This document shows positions 14,299-28,314 of a stretch of DNA of 64,000 bases, one piece after another; the first letter of the stretch is position 1, and the number at the start of each line of letters is the position of its first letter. A program made the translations under genes and the position numbers. The notes beneath the pieces were generated by a model. That model ran no database searches. It was not told the origin of the DNA and worked only from the letters and a program-made list of their open reading frames with translations. This DNA comes from Mytilus edulis. Its lineage: Eukaryota. The DNA is taken from assembly GCF_963676685.1 (NCBI RefSeq), contig NC_092355.1:31744001-31808000 (forward strand), read 5' to 3'.

Positions 14299-15199
14299 TG
14301 GGTCATTATCAAAAAAACATGCAAAACCATGTCATTAGGTGTGTTTAAGTCAAAAGACATGAAAATATATCAAAATGTATCAAAATAACACTTGCATATG
14401 TTAGATATGAATGTTTTGTGATACACTATATACAGTTTACAGTATGAAATGTTATAAAAACACCTTTAATGTTTTCTTAAACCCTGAAATAGGACTATTA
14501 TTCATATCATTTGTTTTTAGGATTTATCATTTTTATTGCATTTTGATACATACAAACATGCTTTAATGATTTGGGAGGTGCATGTTGGTTTTATAATAAA
14601 AAATTTCACCAAAAGGAAAAGTCTCATTTTTAAAATCAATGGTGTAACCAAAGACAAATTGGTAGAGTAAGAGTTATCTTTCTCAAGATTTCAGCATCTG
14701 CAATAGTTTCTCCCTTAGCAATTATACCTGTAAGCATGTTATGCAAAAGAAAACAAACATTTATGTTGAAAAGTAAGTAAAAGCTATATCATAAATGAAA
14801 ATAGTGTCACGCATGATTAGGACAGCCAACTTATTTACGACAATGTATTCTGAAATTTATGTTTGAATAGAATGGACAGCTATATGATTAATGTCAATAA
14901 GTCGTAATGTCAACCTAAACAACAAATTGAAACAGTTGTTTGATGTTAAACAATAATATTTAGTACCTAAATGTATGTTTTCAATTGGTAACACCATTGA
15001 CACGATTCTATCAAAGGATGACCTAAAACTGTTAGAATTGAAGGAACTCTTCATTTTTCCCATTGCATATTTCTGAATATCGATGCTACCATACTATAGA
15101 ATAGAGGGAAACCTTTAAATGATTTAAACATTTAAACAATGACATCATTTTTCAAAATATTACCTTGTCGAAATTTGCACTTTTTTTTATAATGACCCA
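14299..15199. mobile_element. Non-autonomous TIR element (~900 bp)
   Basis: tgggtcattatcaaaaaaacatgcaaa pairs with tttgcacttttttttataatgaccca; a related right end occurs at ~12540-12560. Confidence 0.7.
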
Positions 15200-18100
15200 C
15201 ATACGTCACATAGTCAAAGGTAAGAAAAGTTGATAGTAAATTTACTCAGGTATAGTACATTATACATTATACGTCATGTGTTAAAACAGTTATTGGCCAA
15301 TCAAATCGGTATATTAGATTTAATCTGCACGCTCGTGTGACCCTTTAACCCGAACTCCTACGTCGTTCGGGTTAATCAGGTTCACCCAAGCTGTGCAGAT
15401 TAAATCCAATATACCGACTTGCTTTGTCAATAACTATAACATATTTTTCAACTATTTTGTTCTCTACGAAATCACGATATTTCTATCGTCACCGATTGTG
15501 AAAATATATATATATTTGATAGTAAACAACCCTATTCTGTCTCTGAATGTAAAAACTGATATAAAGACCATTATTCGGACGTAAGAGAATGTCGTGCTTC
15601 AAGTGAGACGCGAATTTTAAAGACAAAAAAAAAACCACGAACATGTGGTAATGAACGTGATTTGGGGTATTGAATTTCATAGCTATATAATGGAAATCGT
15701 ATTTATTGAATGAAGGTATGATATTTGATAATTATTTTTTTTGATATATATATATATATTATAGAGAGATTTTCTTTAAATGTTCTTCAAAGTTTGAAGT
15801 ATAATATAATCATAGTTTAGTTTCACTTGTCCAGATAAATGACCATTATAAAATTTTATTGACCATGTACAAATTTAGCCAGTGGGGTTTATGATGTGAA
15901 TAAACACTTCATTCAGATAACTGAATGACCATGTTACATAAACACCATGACACATGTTACTTTTAAGTGTATTGGGGGAGTTAAGACTTTTAATAAGGGT
16001 AATGCATCGGTCACTTCAAAGTTGCAAAAGTTAAGTACCGACATTTATGACTTTATTTGAATAATGGGATAATTTCTCCGGGACTATATAAACAAGTTTG
16101 TTCAGTTGGAATACTATCTGTAAATTCCAGCTGAACAGAACTTTGTGTTTTTATTTAAAGGTTAGTAAACTTTACACATTTTTGGTAACGACTTAATCAA
16201 TTTAATTGAGAAAGAATCTGTGGTTAAAAGTAAATTTTTAAACTGTAATCCGAAAATAGAAACAATGTACTCGTTTAACTTTATCAATTTAACGGAAAAC
16301 TTAAATAATTCAATGTCATTTATTTATTTACAACTTTATTGTATTTGTTAATTATCACTATTTTTAATTTGTATTTTAATTTGATGTTTTGTATTGTATT
16401 ATAATAATTAAAAAAAGATCTGTTAATTCCAGCTGAACAGGATTTGTGTTTTTATTTAAAGGTACTATTTCTGAAACCCTTGTGGTATGATCCAGTCCTA
16501 AACACGAACAGCATAAAAAGTACTGGTTATCCGACTATCACAAAAAGCTTCATCCAACCTCTAGCTACACCAAGTCGAGTTATAGTCAAACCCCAAAAAC
16601 AACACCAAAACCAACTATAAAATATATTCGTCTTACTTTGTAGGAGTAGATGACATTTTTGAATGGTTGTTAATAAAACATCGCTAAATCTGTCTTAAAA
16701 TATGAATAGAACTAAAAGGATATGGGGTATCCATCTATGACACACACAGCGGAAACAAACGAAGAGAAATGGAACAGCGCCTTTTTGCTGTTCTTCATCT
16801 CAAAGTCACAATGAGGCTTTCAACATGGAGCAATGGTGTACTAAGTGCATACTTTGATAAAAACTATCTGAGTATTTTTTTACTAAAGAAAAAGGGTACC
16901 CGATTTAAAGGTAACCGCGGAACTTTTGTCAGTGTACGGAGAAACGTTATGGTATTCTTTTGCTCTTGATAGATGAAGGTCTGGACAGGGTTAACAGAAC
17001 AGTGAAGAATTGGCTAATAGTGCAGAATAAGGGGAAACATATCAAAATAGATTAAAAAAGGGGTGCTTAGATATATAATGAGTATAAAAACATGGGCTAA
17101 ATATATATATAAAGAAGAGAAAACAATGGGCCAAAAAAATAAAGAATATAGAGATATAAAGGACCCCCATCAGCACCCTTATATATGAATACTGGTACCA
17201 CAACAGGAAGAGACTGTCAGCAAGTAAGTAAGTAAGTAAGTAATTTTTATTGGTTTTAAATCCAAAATTACATGATTGATAATAAGACAATACACATTGG
17301 TTATACACAAACATGACAAACATGCAGACATATCACTTCACAAATATCATAGGGACATGCCAGCAAGTGAGATTGAATTCCTGTATTATTTTTTTCTTCA
17401 TGCGACCGATACATGCAGGAATTGAAACCTCTGAATCAACTTTTAAGCCCAATATACTGCTTTGACGTCTGATCGGCTTTTCTGCGACTACATGAGCCAA
17501 ACTCCCCATTTGCTCCCCTCCCCAATCTCCAGTCCTCAATAGAGGCTATCAGATGTCAGGACAATCTATGACAATTAAGATGTATATGTTTGTGTAAACT
17601 GATTAATTGTATCTCAAGTCTATTTTAGTCGATATAATTTCTCATTTAAGCATTTTCTATCTGATTTTTTTTTTTATTTTACACTGTTGTGTATGTAACT
17701 TAAGATACACTTTACACAGATCTCCTTGAATCTTCTTTGTATTCATTCAGACAAAAATATTTAAGGTACAATATCAGAAATTTATCGTTTGTGCAACACT
17801 CCTCAGTCCCCGTCCTTCCTTTCAGAAATTTTGGCCAAGTATTTAATTTTAAAGAAAAACTGTGAACAGAGGTATACAAAAAATGTGGACATTTTTTCTT
17901 AAAATAGAACGTTCTTTAGTTTCCTTCGATATTATTCAACATGAACCTTCTCAAACAATGGACTGATAACATTTATACAAAACAATACATATTAAGGAAA
18001 TTGACTGAAGTGGATTTCCTATCTTCACAAATACAATATATGACTTTTGCGTTGATTTAACAATAAATCATAAGCATTTGTAATCAATTCACAAATATCA

Positions 18101-18654
18101 TAGGGACTTCTACGAAAAAATACTTCAAATCGACAAGCCAGATGTAATACTAGTACTAGTAGTAAAATACTCTTGTTTGATTTTCAATTCTTAATGTCTG
18201 TTTTCCTGAGAAATTTTATAAAAGATAGATGTCAAATGAATAACACCATATAGGGTAAGAACGTTAAGAATTTTTCACAAGAGCATGTCACATACAACTT
18301 TTCATTAAAGTGGGGTATGTGTTTCTGTGTGGATCGAACGAACCTATAAGGGGATATCTAATTTGCCGATTAAAGTTGCTATCGGTCGTATTTATAGACT
18401 GAAATCTGTATAGGAATCTCTGGTATTTCTAAACCGAAAGCCATTTAAGTATTTACAACTACAGTATACAGTAAAGGCTCTGTTCTAAATATCAAATAAA
18501 ACATCGGGCCACATATACTTATATATTGGACGAGTTTTTAGTTCTTTTCGAACGCAGTGGGGATTCGCTGTAGGTTAGAAGCAATTCTTTACTTGTAAAT
18601 GGTTATGTGATAAATGATATACATCAATGACAGGGGTAGTTATTAAACCGTCAT

Positions 18655-18896
18655 GAAGCTCCCACAGGGTACCCCCTCAGGTCGCATGGTCGCTTTTGAA
18701 TTCGTCCAGAGGTCGTTTTTAAGGGAAATGTACAGGTCGCAGGTCGTTTTTCCCAACACAGAGGACGGAAGTCGGTAAGAGGTCGTTTAATTCCAAATTT
18801 TACAGGTCGCAGGTCGTTTTTAGAAGGTCCTCGAGTCGGAAGTCGCCTCTAAAAAGGCCAGAGGTCGCAGGTGGTTTTTGACCCTGCTGGAGCCTC
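18655..18896. mobile_element. 242-bp MITE with 6-bp TSD and internal AGGTCG repeats
   Basis: TIRs gaagctcccacagggt / accctgctggagcctc; cgtcat at 18649-18654 and 18897-18902. Confidence 0.8.
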
Positions 18897-19640
18897 CGTC
18901 ATTATAATTTATTATTTCGTATTGCAATATTTCATAGCAGACTATAACATGAAACTTCTTTCGAGGAAAAAATAAAGAAAAATACAATATAAGATAGAAA
19001 CTGTCAGAAGCAAAAAAAAAATAAAAATAGGAAATAAACTTATCAAAGATACTACCTTCATTTTGTACAACAGACGCGCTTTTCGACTATAAAACACAGT
19101 AATCAATGGCGCTTCACTTAAAAGCTAAAAAGGCCAAATAAAGTCAGAAATTGAAAATTTCGAAAGGTTTTGCCATATACATTTTTAAAAGATGATCTAT
19201 TCCTGAGTAGAAAATACTTCATGGCAACGCTGAAGTACTGACAACTGGATGGTGATAACCTTGGAGATAAACTTCCACGATCGACCCAGTGATTGTAAAT
19301 AAACTCCTCTAGGTATCAGGATTGAATTTTTTTACGCCAAACGTACGAAAGCCCAATAGCGCATTTTAGCATTTCTCGTTTCTAAGTTGACTTTTCTCAG
19401 GCTTTTTGCGTTGACGCTATAAAACATTTCAACTTTCTGCAGCCCTTTTCACAAAAAATCTTAAGTGTAAAATAAATCTTACGATAAAAATATTTAGTTG
19501 AATTGTTAAGGAATATTTTAAACTTACGATAAATTTTACCCTCGCAAGCACTGAAATCTGACTCAAGCAGGTTTAATTAATAACGTAATAGATTGCTTAT
19601 TAAAAAAAATTGAAATTACATAGCCTTCATAAATAATACA

Positions 19641-19940
19641 TTTTATTGTATAGCAATATAATATTTCCCACAGAAAGTAACCGAAAGTTAGCGTGCAATA
19701 AATTCCAATATTGCACTAGTGCAATAAATCTTCAAAATTCATGACGTCATCGACGACAAAATCTTAGTTTAAACAAATTTTTACTTTCAAATATTATATT
19801 GCTATACAATAAAAGGGTTATTGCATGAATATTGGGGAATGTTATTACTCGTAGAACATATATTGCACTCGCAAGCTCGTGCAATATAAAATTCTACTCG
19901 GGACAATATTCCCCAATATTTATACAATAACCCTATATTA
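19641..19940. mobile_element. Element with an IR-bounded body plus a terminal long hairpin
   Basis: Perfect 26-bp IR (19641-19666 / 19789-19814) immediately followed by a ~120-nt foldback (19814-19934). Confidence 0.75.
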
Positions 19941-22900
19941 TAGTGAAAATCGTTCATTCAAACAATGCAACAGGAAAAAGGAAGGACGTACTTAGTATAG
20001 AACGGAAAAAATAATCACAAATCTCATCTCTTTCATGTAAATAAATATAATTGACTTATTTGTCAACAATTATTGTCTAATTGCGCATTATTTACTATGA
20101 TTATACGTAATTGTAATTAAAAATGCACGGGAAAGAGTAAATGTTATAGTATATTGTGGTATTACAAAATACAACAAAATTACAAAATATGTTGATAATT
20201 ACAAAAATGTTAAAAATATTAAGCCTTACGATTTGAAATGATACGAAAACATACGATTTGTGATTTTTCTGCATATAGTAAGAGCCTTTTCACTCGCGTC
20301 GTTGATCTCGTGGAAACATGTTTCTTGGTTTCGATCCCCTACTTGGTAAAAAGGAAAGAATTTATTAGCTTAATACTTGCTGCTTATCCCAGATAACGAA
20401 GGAATAAAGAATAACTTGGAAAGTAAAAGAACTAGATAATACAATACTGATTACATGTAGAAATGCATGACATACATCTTCTAAACAGTGACTACCTAAT
20501 AGGGGGCCCACTCCAGGCATGCTTCAGTGATTCCCTATAAGCAAACAATTTTTCACTCATTAAGGGGAAGGGGCGGGCCCAAAGGGACCACTAGATCCGC
20601 CTATGAGCTAAATGGATATCTTTAAATAAGCAAAAATACAAAGAATGGACAATGATAGGATTCAAAGGCATAAAGAATAACTTAAAAAATAAAAGAATTA
20701 AATAAAGAAATATTGATTTCACGTAGAAAATCATTTTCATGAGAATTTTAAGAATAATCGTTTTAAAACTCGGATTTCTTTTAAACTGAGGTTTACTCTG
20801 CGTTTTATTGTGTGTTTGTTTTTTTCTGCATTGTCTTGATGTCTAAGGTGGGATTATGATATCACTAGTGTAGTATATTATTACTGAACTAGTACACACT
20901 TTTGTTTAGGGACCAACTGAAGCATGCCTACAGATGCGGGATTGTTTTGCTGTGTTGAAGACCTGTTGCTATGGTGCATGGCCTTTGGCTGTTTTCTGTC
21001 TTTAATCGGGTTGTTGTCTCTTTGACACATTCCCCGTTTTCATTCTCAATTTTATGTTAACTTATATTATACATGTTATAAGGATGAAGAAAAATACCCT
21101 TAAAAATTAAATGCAAACAAAAGGTAGGGACCCTCAATCCAGACCCTCATATATCTACGATGTTTATTTCCTATAGAAGTATAAACATCGATGTGATCTA
21201 ATGTACGCGAATTTCTATTGATTGTTCAATGGTTATACGTATGAATAGGTGTAACATATTGCGACATCATTTAAATTTAAGTACTTTATAATGAAAATAA
21301 CATCATTATGAAAAACATTAGCATACTCGATATATAAATCATTTACATCAAGAAAATGTTCCTGGTTTAAAAAGAGGTATGTATTTAAAAGTGTAATAGT
21401 AATATACGCAATATTATGATTATATTATTGATTGAGTGTTGTTAGCTTTACGTTCAGCGGCCAATATATTTCATCCATATTCAGAACGAGAAGGAAAGAT
21501 ATGGTGAAATTGAATCTTAAAGGTTTAGGTTCTGCAAGATGGGATGACCTTCAGGGACGTCGAGGGCGAAGGACAGAATCTTTGGACTTCCTGGAAAATA
21601 CGGGTTATATGGGATGGGTATGAAATTGCAACAGTCCACGTACGGACCTCTCTTATATTTGTTGCAGGGGTTCTGAAAGATGTAAAGCTCCTGCATAATG
21701 TATTATTTTCAATGTCCTTATTCCGACCGAACTTTGTTGCGAATTAATACATCCCTCAAAACCAAAACAGACGACCACAGTGGTGGAATGAGATTCGGGG
21801 GGGGGGGGGGGGGGGTGGATTGGAACCCCCTATTTATATCGACGATCAATGTATTTGAATGTAGACATATAGTCGGACCCCCCTTTTCCTGTATAAGGAA
21901 CACCCCTTATATAAATGGATTGATATGCCCCTTGGTTTGGAAAAAGTGTTGATAATACTTGATTTTATTTTGCCAAATTTCAATCTTATTCGGTGATCTT
22001 CAAATAAGGACTAGCCAAATTGTCGTAGGTCCGCGGTTCTTTCCAGGTACTCCAGATTCCTCTTCATATAAAACTGAGAACTTAACTAAAGTCAAATGTT
22101 CTTTATAAATTATCACCGCATCTGTATCTCTTGCATCCGTTTTTCTCCATTATATATCTTTTGTGAATTGCTCTCTATTCTGTAAATCCAATTTAGGCAC
22201 TCAAACATGTAAATTATATAAGTTTTAGTATAGTTCATATAGAAGCGGCGACAGTATAGTTCTGACTTGACTAATTTGCCTTGTCCTTATGAAAATAAGA
22301 AGTATAGTTGCAAAATGCGATAACTCTTAACCAGACCAAATGATGTAGATGATAAAACTGACTTATTCCCTCTGTATGGCCTTTAACAATGAACAAAACA
22401 TATGTCTTAAAAATATACCAACAAATACCATTTTGATAAAATATCGTGTTGGTTAAAAAAACATAAAAAAAAAACATAAAATAAACTAATAATGACACAT
22501 GATATACTACGATTACACTCCATCTTACCTACAAAAAAATCTGATAAAAATTGTATTGGTAAAGAAAATACATTAGCGGCGCAACAACACAAAAGATATC
22601 TAGAAGTCAATAAAAAAAAAATACTTACAATGAGAAAACACATTAGCGGCGCAACAACACAAAAGACATCTAGAAGTCAATAAAAAAAAACTTATAATGA
22701 CACATCACATACTTAGATTACACCCCTTATTACCTGTACACAATAAAACATAACAACTTACTTACATCTATATTTATTTACGTTCTAAGGAGATAGGAAA
22801 TAACTCTTTAACCCTACAAGTTATAGTTATCTTTTAGGAAATGCACCAAACATTTCAAACAAGGAAAAAAACGTATCATAATTCCTACAGCTAAAGTTTG

Positions 22901-23857
22901 TTACAGCTGAATTTATTCCATTGTAAGGTATGTTATTCTACATTTTTTCAGCATCAATGATAACACATATTTGCTATTTGTTTCCTTGTGTCTCCGAAAA
23001 TCTGCTTCTGTTCACTATTAAGTTATAAATAGGATTTGAAATTTCAATCTTGTGCAACGAATATTTGTTCCACCTATCAGAAGTTCCCAGTGGCGGATCC
23101 AGTAATTTTCATTAGAGGGGACCCACTGACTGCCTAAGAGGGGACCCGCTCCAGTCATGCGTCAGTGATTCCCAATATAAACATCCAAATTTTTTCCACA
23201 AAAAGGGGAAAGGGGGGGGGGGGGGGCTGAAAAACCCTTTCCGGCTCTGGTTTCCATGAAAATTTTGACTATAGCAAATGCCACAATATCTGTACCCTTT
23301 GAAACAAATACCATGTACCCTTTATGTCGTTTGGAAACAATTACTGTAATATTTGTTTCAGTGATATTATGATGGAACTTCTTCTTCATAACACATTTCT
23401 TTAATATTTATATTTCCTATTTATTAATGGGAACTGTCTTTCTCGCCCTTTTATACATTTCGGCATACTATTCATTCTTTGTTTTTCAATGCAACACTTT
23501 AAAATGAATCTTTTCCTTTTAAAACTTTGATAAAATGTTGGATAACAAGACTAACTTTTTATAAGGGACATTGACGGCATATTAGGTAGCCGCTTCATGT
23601 ATGGTCGTGATTATATATATAATCAACCAAATTGTCCCACAAAAAGGGCAGCCCAGACATCCAGGGCCCAACTGAATCGACTATGGAAGGCGTTAGACAT
23701 ACATCGCCAAGCCATGGTGGCAACACAAAACCAAACCAAATTGTGACAAGGACAACGGACGAAAACAGTTGATGAAGTACAAACACGAACTAATGTTTTG
23801 AATGATTTGATTACGGTAATAAAAAAAATTACAAGACTTGTTGAAAACGAAACGAGC

Positions 23858-26800
23858 CCCGGTGGATCTAGTTTACAAATAAGTCATCGAATTTTATTTT
23901 TCATAATTATGCAAAATACTTTAAACCATTCAATGGAACACAGTTTTGTAACACAATAACATAAACAAGTTAGAAAGTATATTTATAGTCATAACACATC
24001 AATAAATATACGTATAAACTGGTTCTTCTTATATACCATAACGCTTTAGGTCATGTTTAATGGTCTGTGTAATGACCAAAAATCACTTCTGAAGTTTAAC
24101 CCGCCTTACCTTTTAGCCATGTACATAATGTATGTAAATAAACTTAAGTCTTGCGAGTTATTTTTTTTAAATTGATATCTGTAAGTGTATATAAGTACAT
24201 GTAAGCATATTAGGGTCTGAATTAATTTATGACGTTTTCTGGTGGTTTTTTTTTAAATTAAAGGACATTTATTTGTCTGTATTGTTTATTTCGTTGCCCA
24301 TTATTTCCTTTTTTTTATATATTTTTGCATCCTTTTTATTTCTCATTATTTTGCCTTTTTTCAGCCCATTATTCTCTTTTTTTTTATATATATATATATA
24401 TTCGCATCCTAATTATTTCTCTTTTTTCCCCCTTTTCATTGTTCTTTTTATATGTTTGCTCATCTTTTCTTGGTCCATTATTCTCTATTCTGTAAACCCC
24501 ATTTAATCAAGTTATGATATAAAAGTAATAAAACACTATATAACTATCACACCAATTGGACAACTGTCCATCCAATTTCATTATATATCATATATTGATA
24601 TATATAAAACGCATTACCGTGTCTTGTTTGTTTAGTTGACTAGTATAGTACATAAAGTACATGTACAGTGAAACCTGATTAAACCAAACCATGAATAAAC
24701 CGGAAACCTGTCTAATCCAAACTTGTTCTGAAGACCAATCATATCACATTTTATGCATTGTGAAACTGAAGAAACCAAATACCTGCCAAAACCAAACAAA
24801 ATCTCAAGTCTCGAAAGGGTTCAGTTTAGTCAGGTTTTACTGTTTTATATCTTGTCAATACATCTTTATTTCCTGTATAAACTGACTTGGTATAATACGT
24901 TGTTATATCATTGATAAAATTGTTAACATCTTTATTGTTAAACATTTATAACAGGGCATTTGAACGAACCTGCCATAACAAATGGTGTTGGAACAGCTAA
25001 CAGTTAGTAAAAAAAATATGAGAATTCCTGTGATCATTTAAGTTTAAGTCCAAATACATCAGCATTCTACTTAACTACAACATTATCAATCATACATGTT
25101 ATACGGACCTAATAATACACATGTTACTTTTCATAATTAACAAAAAAGAACAGAAAACAAATGCGCACTTATAAAAAGAATAAAATAAACTAAGGTACTT
25201 TGACAACTTTCAACGAAAAAAGCATCATAAGGTACATAATGAAAATTAAAAGAGTAAATTATTGCGGCAATTATATTCTTAACACTTGACTTGGAGCTGG
25301 GTTCTCTTCAAGTGGTACCAGTTTCTGTTTCACTTGACACAGCATTGATTGATTGATTGATTGTTGGTTGCTTAACGTCCAGTGGCAAATATTTCATGCA
25401 TGTTCAGGACGAGAACAAGTTTAAAATAAACCCGGTGGATCTATTTTACAAATAAGTCATCGAATTTTATTTTTCATAATTATGCAAAATACTTTAAACC
25501 ATTCAATGGAACACAGTTTTGTAACACAATAACATAAACAAGTTAGAAAGTATATTTATAGTCATAACACATCAATAAATATACGTATAAACTGGTTCTT
25601 CTTATATACCATAACGCTTTAGGTCATGTTTAATGGTCTGTGTAATGACCAAAAATCACTTCTGAAGTTTAACCCGCCTTACCCTTCAGCCATGTACATA
25701 ATGTATGTAAATAAACTTCAGTTTTGCGAGTTATTTTTTTTAAATTGATATCTGTAAGTGTATATAAGTACATGTAAGCATATTAGGGTCTGAATTAATT
25801 TATGACGTTTTCTGGTGTTTTTTTTTTAAATTAAAGGACATTTATTTGTCTGTATTGTTTATTTCGTTGCCCATTATTTCCTTTTTTTTTATATATTTTT
25901 GCATCCTCATTATTTCTCATTATTTTGCCTTTTTTCAGCCCATTATTCTCTTTTTTTATATATATATATATTCGCATCCTAATTATTTCTCTTTTTTCCC
26001 CCTTTTCATTGTTCTTTTTATATGTTTGCTCATCTTTTCTTGGTCCATTATTCTCTATTCTGTAAACCCCATTTAATCAAGTTATGATATAAAAGTAATA
26101 AAACACTATATAACTATCACACCAATTGGACAACTGTCCATCCAATTTCATTATATATCATATATTGATATATATAAAACGCATTACCGTGTCTTGTTTG
26201 TTTAGTTGACTAGTATAGTACATAAAGTACATGTACAGTGAAACCTGATTAAACCAAACCATGAATAAACCGGAAACCTGTCTAATCCAAACTTGTTCTG
26301 AAGACCAATCATATCACATTTCATGCATTGTGAAACTGATGAAACCAAATACCTGCCAAAACCGAACAAAATCTCAAGTCTCGAAAGGGTTCAGTTTAGT
26401 CAGGTTTTACTGTTTTATATCTTGTCAATACATCTTTATTTCCTGTATAAACTGACTTGGTATAATACGTTGTTATATCATTGATAAAATTGTTAACATC
26501 TTTATTGTTAAACATTTATAACAGGGCATTTGAACGAACCTGCCATAACAAATGGTGTTGGAACAGCTAACAGTTAGTAAAAAAAATATGAGAATTCCTG
26601 TGATCATTTAAGTTTAAGTCCAAATACATCAGCATTCTATTTAACTACAACATTATCAATCATACATGTTATACGGACCTAATAATACACATGTTACTTT
26701 TCATAATTAACAAAAAAGAACAGAAAACAAATGCGCACTTATAAAAAGAATAAAATAAACTAAGGTACTTTGACAACTTTCAACGAAAAAAGCATCATAA

Positions 26801-27000
26801 GGTACATAATGAAAATTAAAAGAGTAAATTATTGCGGCAATTATATTCTTAACACTTGACTTGGAGCTGGGTTCTCTTCAAGTGGTACCAGTTTCTGTTT
26901 CACTTGACACAGCATTGATTGATTGATTGATTGTTGGTTGCTTAACATCAAGTGGCAAATATTTCATGCATGTTCAGGACGAGAACAAGTTTAAAATAAA
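23858..27000 (+). repeat. Near-identical tandem duplication, ~1.57 kb x 2 (23858-25430 and 25431-27000)
   Basis: Both copies start cccggtggatcta and end ttaaaataaa, with only scattered SNPs and indels; duplicated ORFs appear in the track. Confidence 0.97.
24666..24842. mobile_element. Tc1/pogo-type MITE (second copy at 26236-26412)
   Basis: ta|cagtgaaacctgattaaacc ... ggttcagtttagtcaggttttactg imperfect TIRs. Confidence 0.7.
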
Positions 27001-27282
27001 TACAATAGATAGGTCTTGTCATAATAGAGGCCATTCGGGATGATGGTCGGAGAAATTTGGACTTCCACTGGAAATTGAGGGTATATTGGATAGGAACAGA
27101 AATTTTGCCTTGCAACAGGCCCCCTACGGACCCCTCAAACAGTTGTTGCAATGGTTCTTAGCGTGCAAAGAGCGTGGCACTCTCTTCACACGAGGTATCG
27201 GATTTAACGTCCCCATTCTGACCGGACGTGACTGTGAATTTGATACATCCCGCACAGCCAAACGGACGCCCCACTTCGGCAA
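26916..27282 (-). mobile_element. 5'-truncated SINE-like element with an (AATC)n tail and Deu/Nin-like core
   Basis: Minus strand carries ggacgttaaatccg...gcacgctaagaacc and ends aagcaaccaacaatcaatcaatcaatc; its tail is also duplicated at 25346-25430. Confidence 0.6.
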
Positions 27283-28314
27283 GCAAATGAGACAGCAAAT
27301 GTCAACTATAATATTCACACCATGTCTCAAGTTGGGGCGATTCAGGAGGTCGTAATGAGAGAACTTCATGGCGAATAAAGGAAAAAAAGTATAGGCAAAT
27401 GATATTAACGCGTACGGTTATTGCTTGTGCATGACGATAAATTGTACACATTCTTTTAGACGATAAAACATTAGAATGATTTTGACGAATCACGGTAAAA
27501 CAAATCAACGGTAGCGATAATTATTTCAGATCTCTGACGAATCACGATTAGGATATTTTGACGAATCATGGTAAAATATTAACCAATGACTCCAACCCGA
27601 TACTTCGGTGCGAAGCTAATGGAACGGCGAACAAGTTTACACCCTGGGGGCATCACTACCCTCATTCAGAGCTTGACATCATAGATATTGATTCAAGACA
27701 TTACGTAAGTTGTTTATCTTTTGGTAGTTTTTCGTTTTTGCCATGGTGTTGTCAATTTATTTTTCGTCTTAAAATATGTGGGATAGCTCCTTTTACCCTT
27801 TTATCCATATAATATTTTTGTACTATATATGTGTACTGGAATTGAAACCGATACTATTGAGCATTTTATTATTTATCTTAAAAAATGCATTATTTTATTG
27901 GATCAATGTTTGTCATTGCTAGTTGTAAGTTTTCATTAACAAAAAAACTTTTTTGACTTTACCGGGTCCCGAACACCGTACTAACCACTATAATAAAATC
28001 TGACAACCATGAAAATGGTCTCAAAGTAGTTGAACACCACCCTACTTAAACTCATATTTTGCGCCCATATACATTTGTTAATGATTTCTAAATCTTTAAC
28101 CAAAAATCTACCAAAATCACACATTGAGTTTTTTATACTAGTATGGTAACAATCTATTATCTCCTTTTAATTAAGTATTTTTTAAGTGAATAAGTTTTGA
28201 ATTTGTAAACCAAAATTTCAGTGGGACAAGTAACTTACGTACAAGGGTGTACTGAGTAACTTACAATCAAGACAGAAGCAAGCAGCTGGCAAACTCGACT
28301 GTAGCGATTAGTTG

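Noticed and set aside
22565-22700. 70-bp two-copy tandem repeat with overlapping small ORFs
   Set aside because: A simple local duplication; the ORFs are low-complexity with no coding signal
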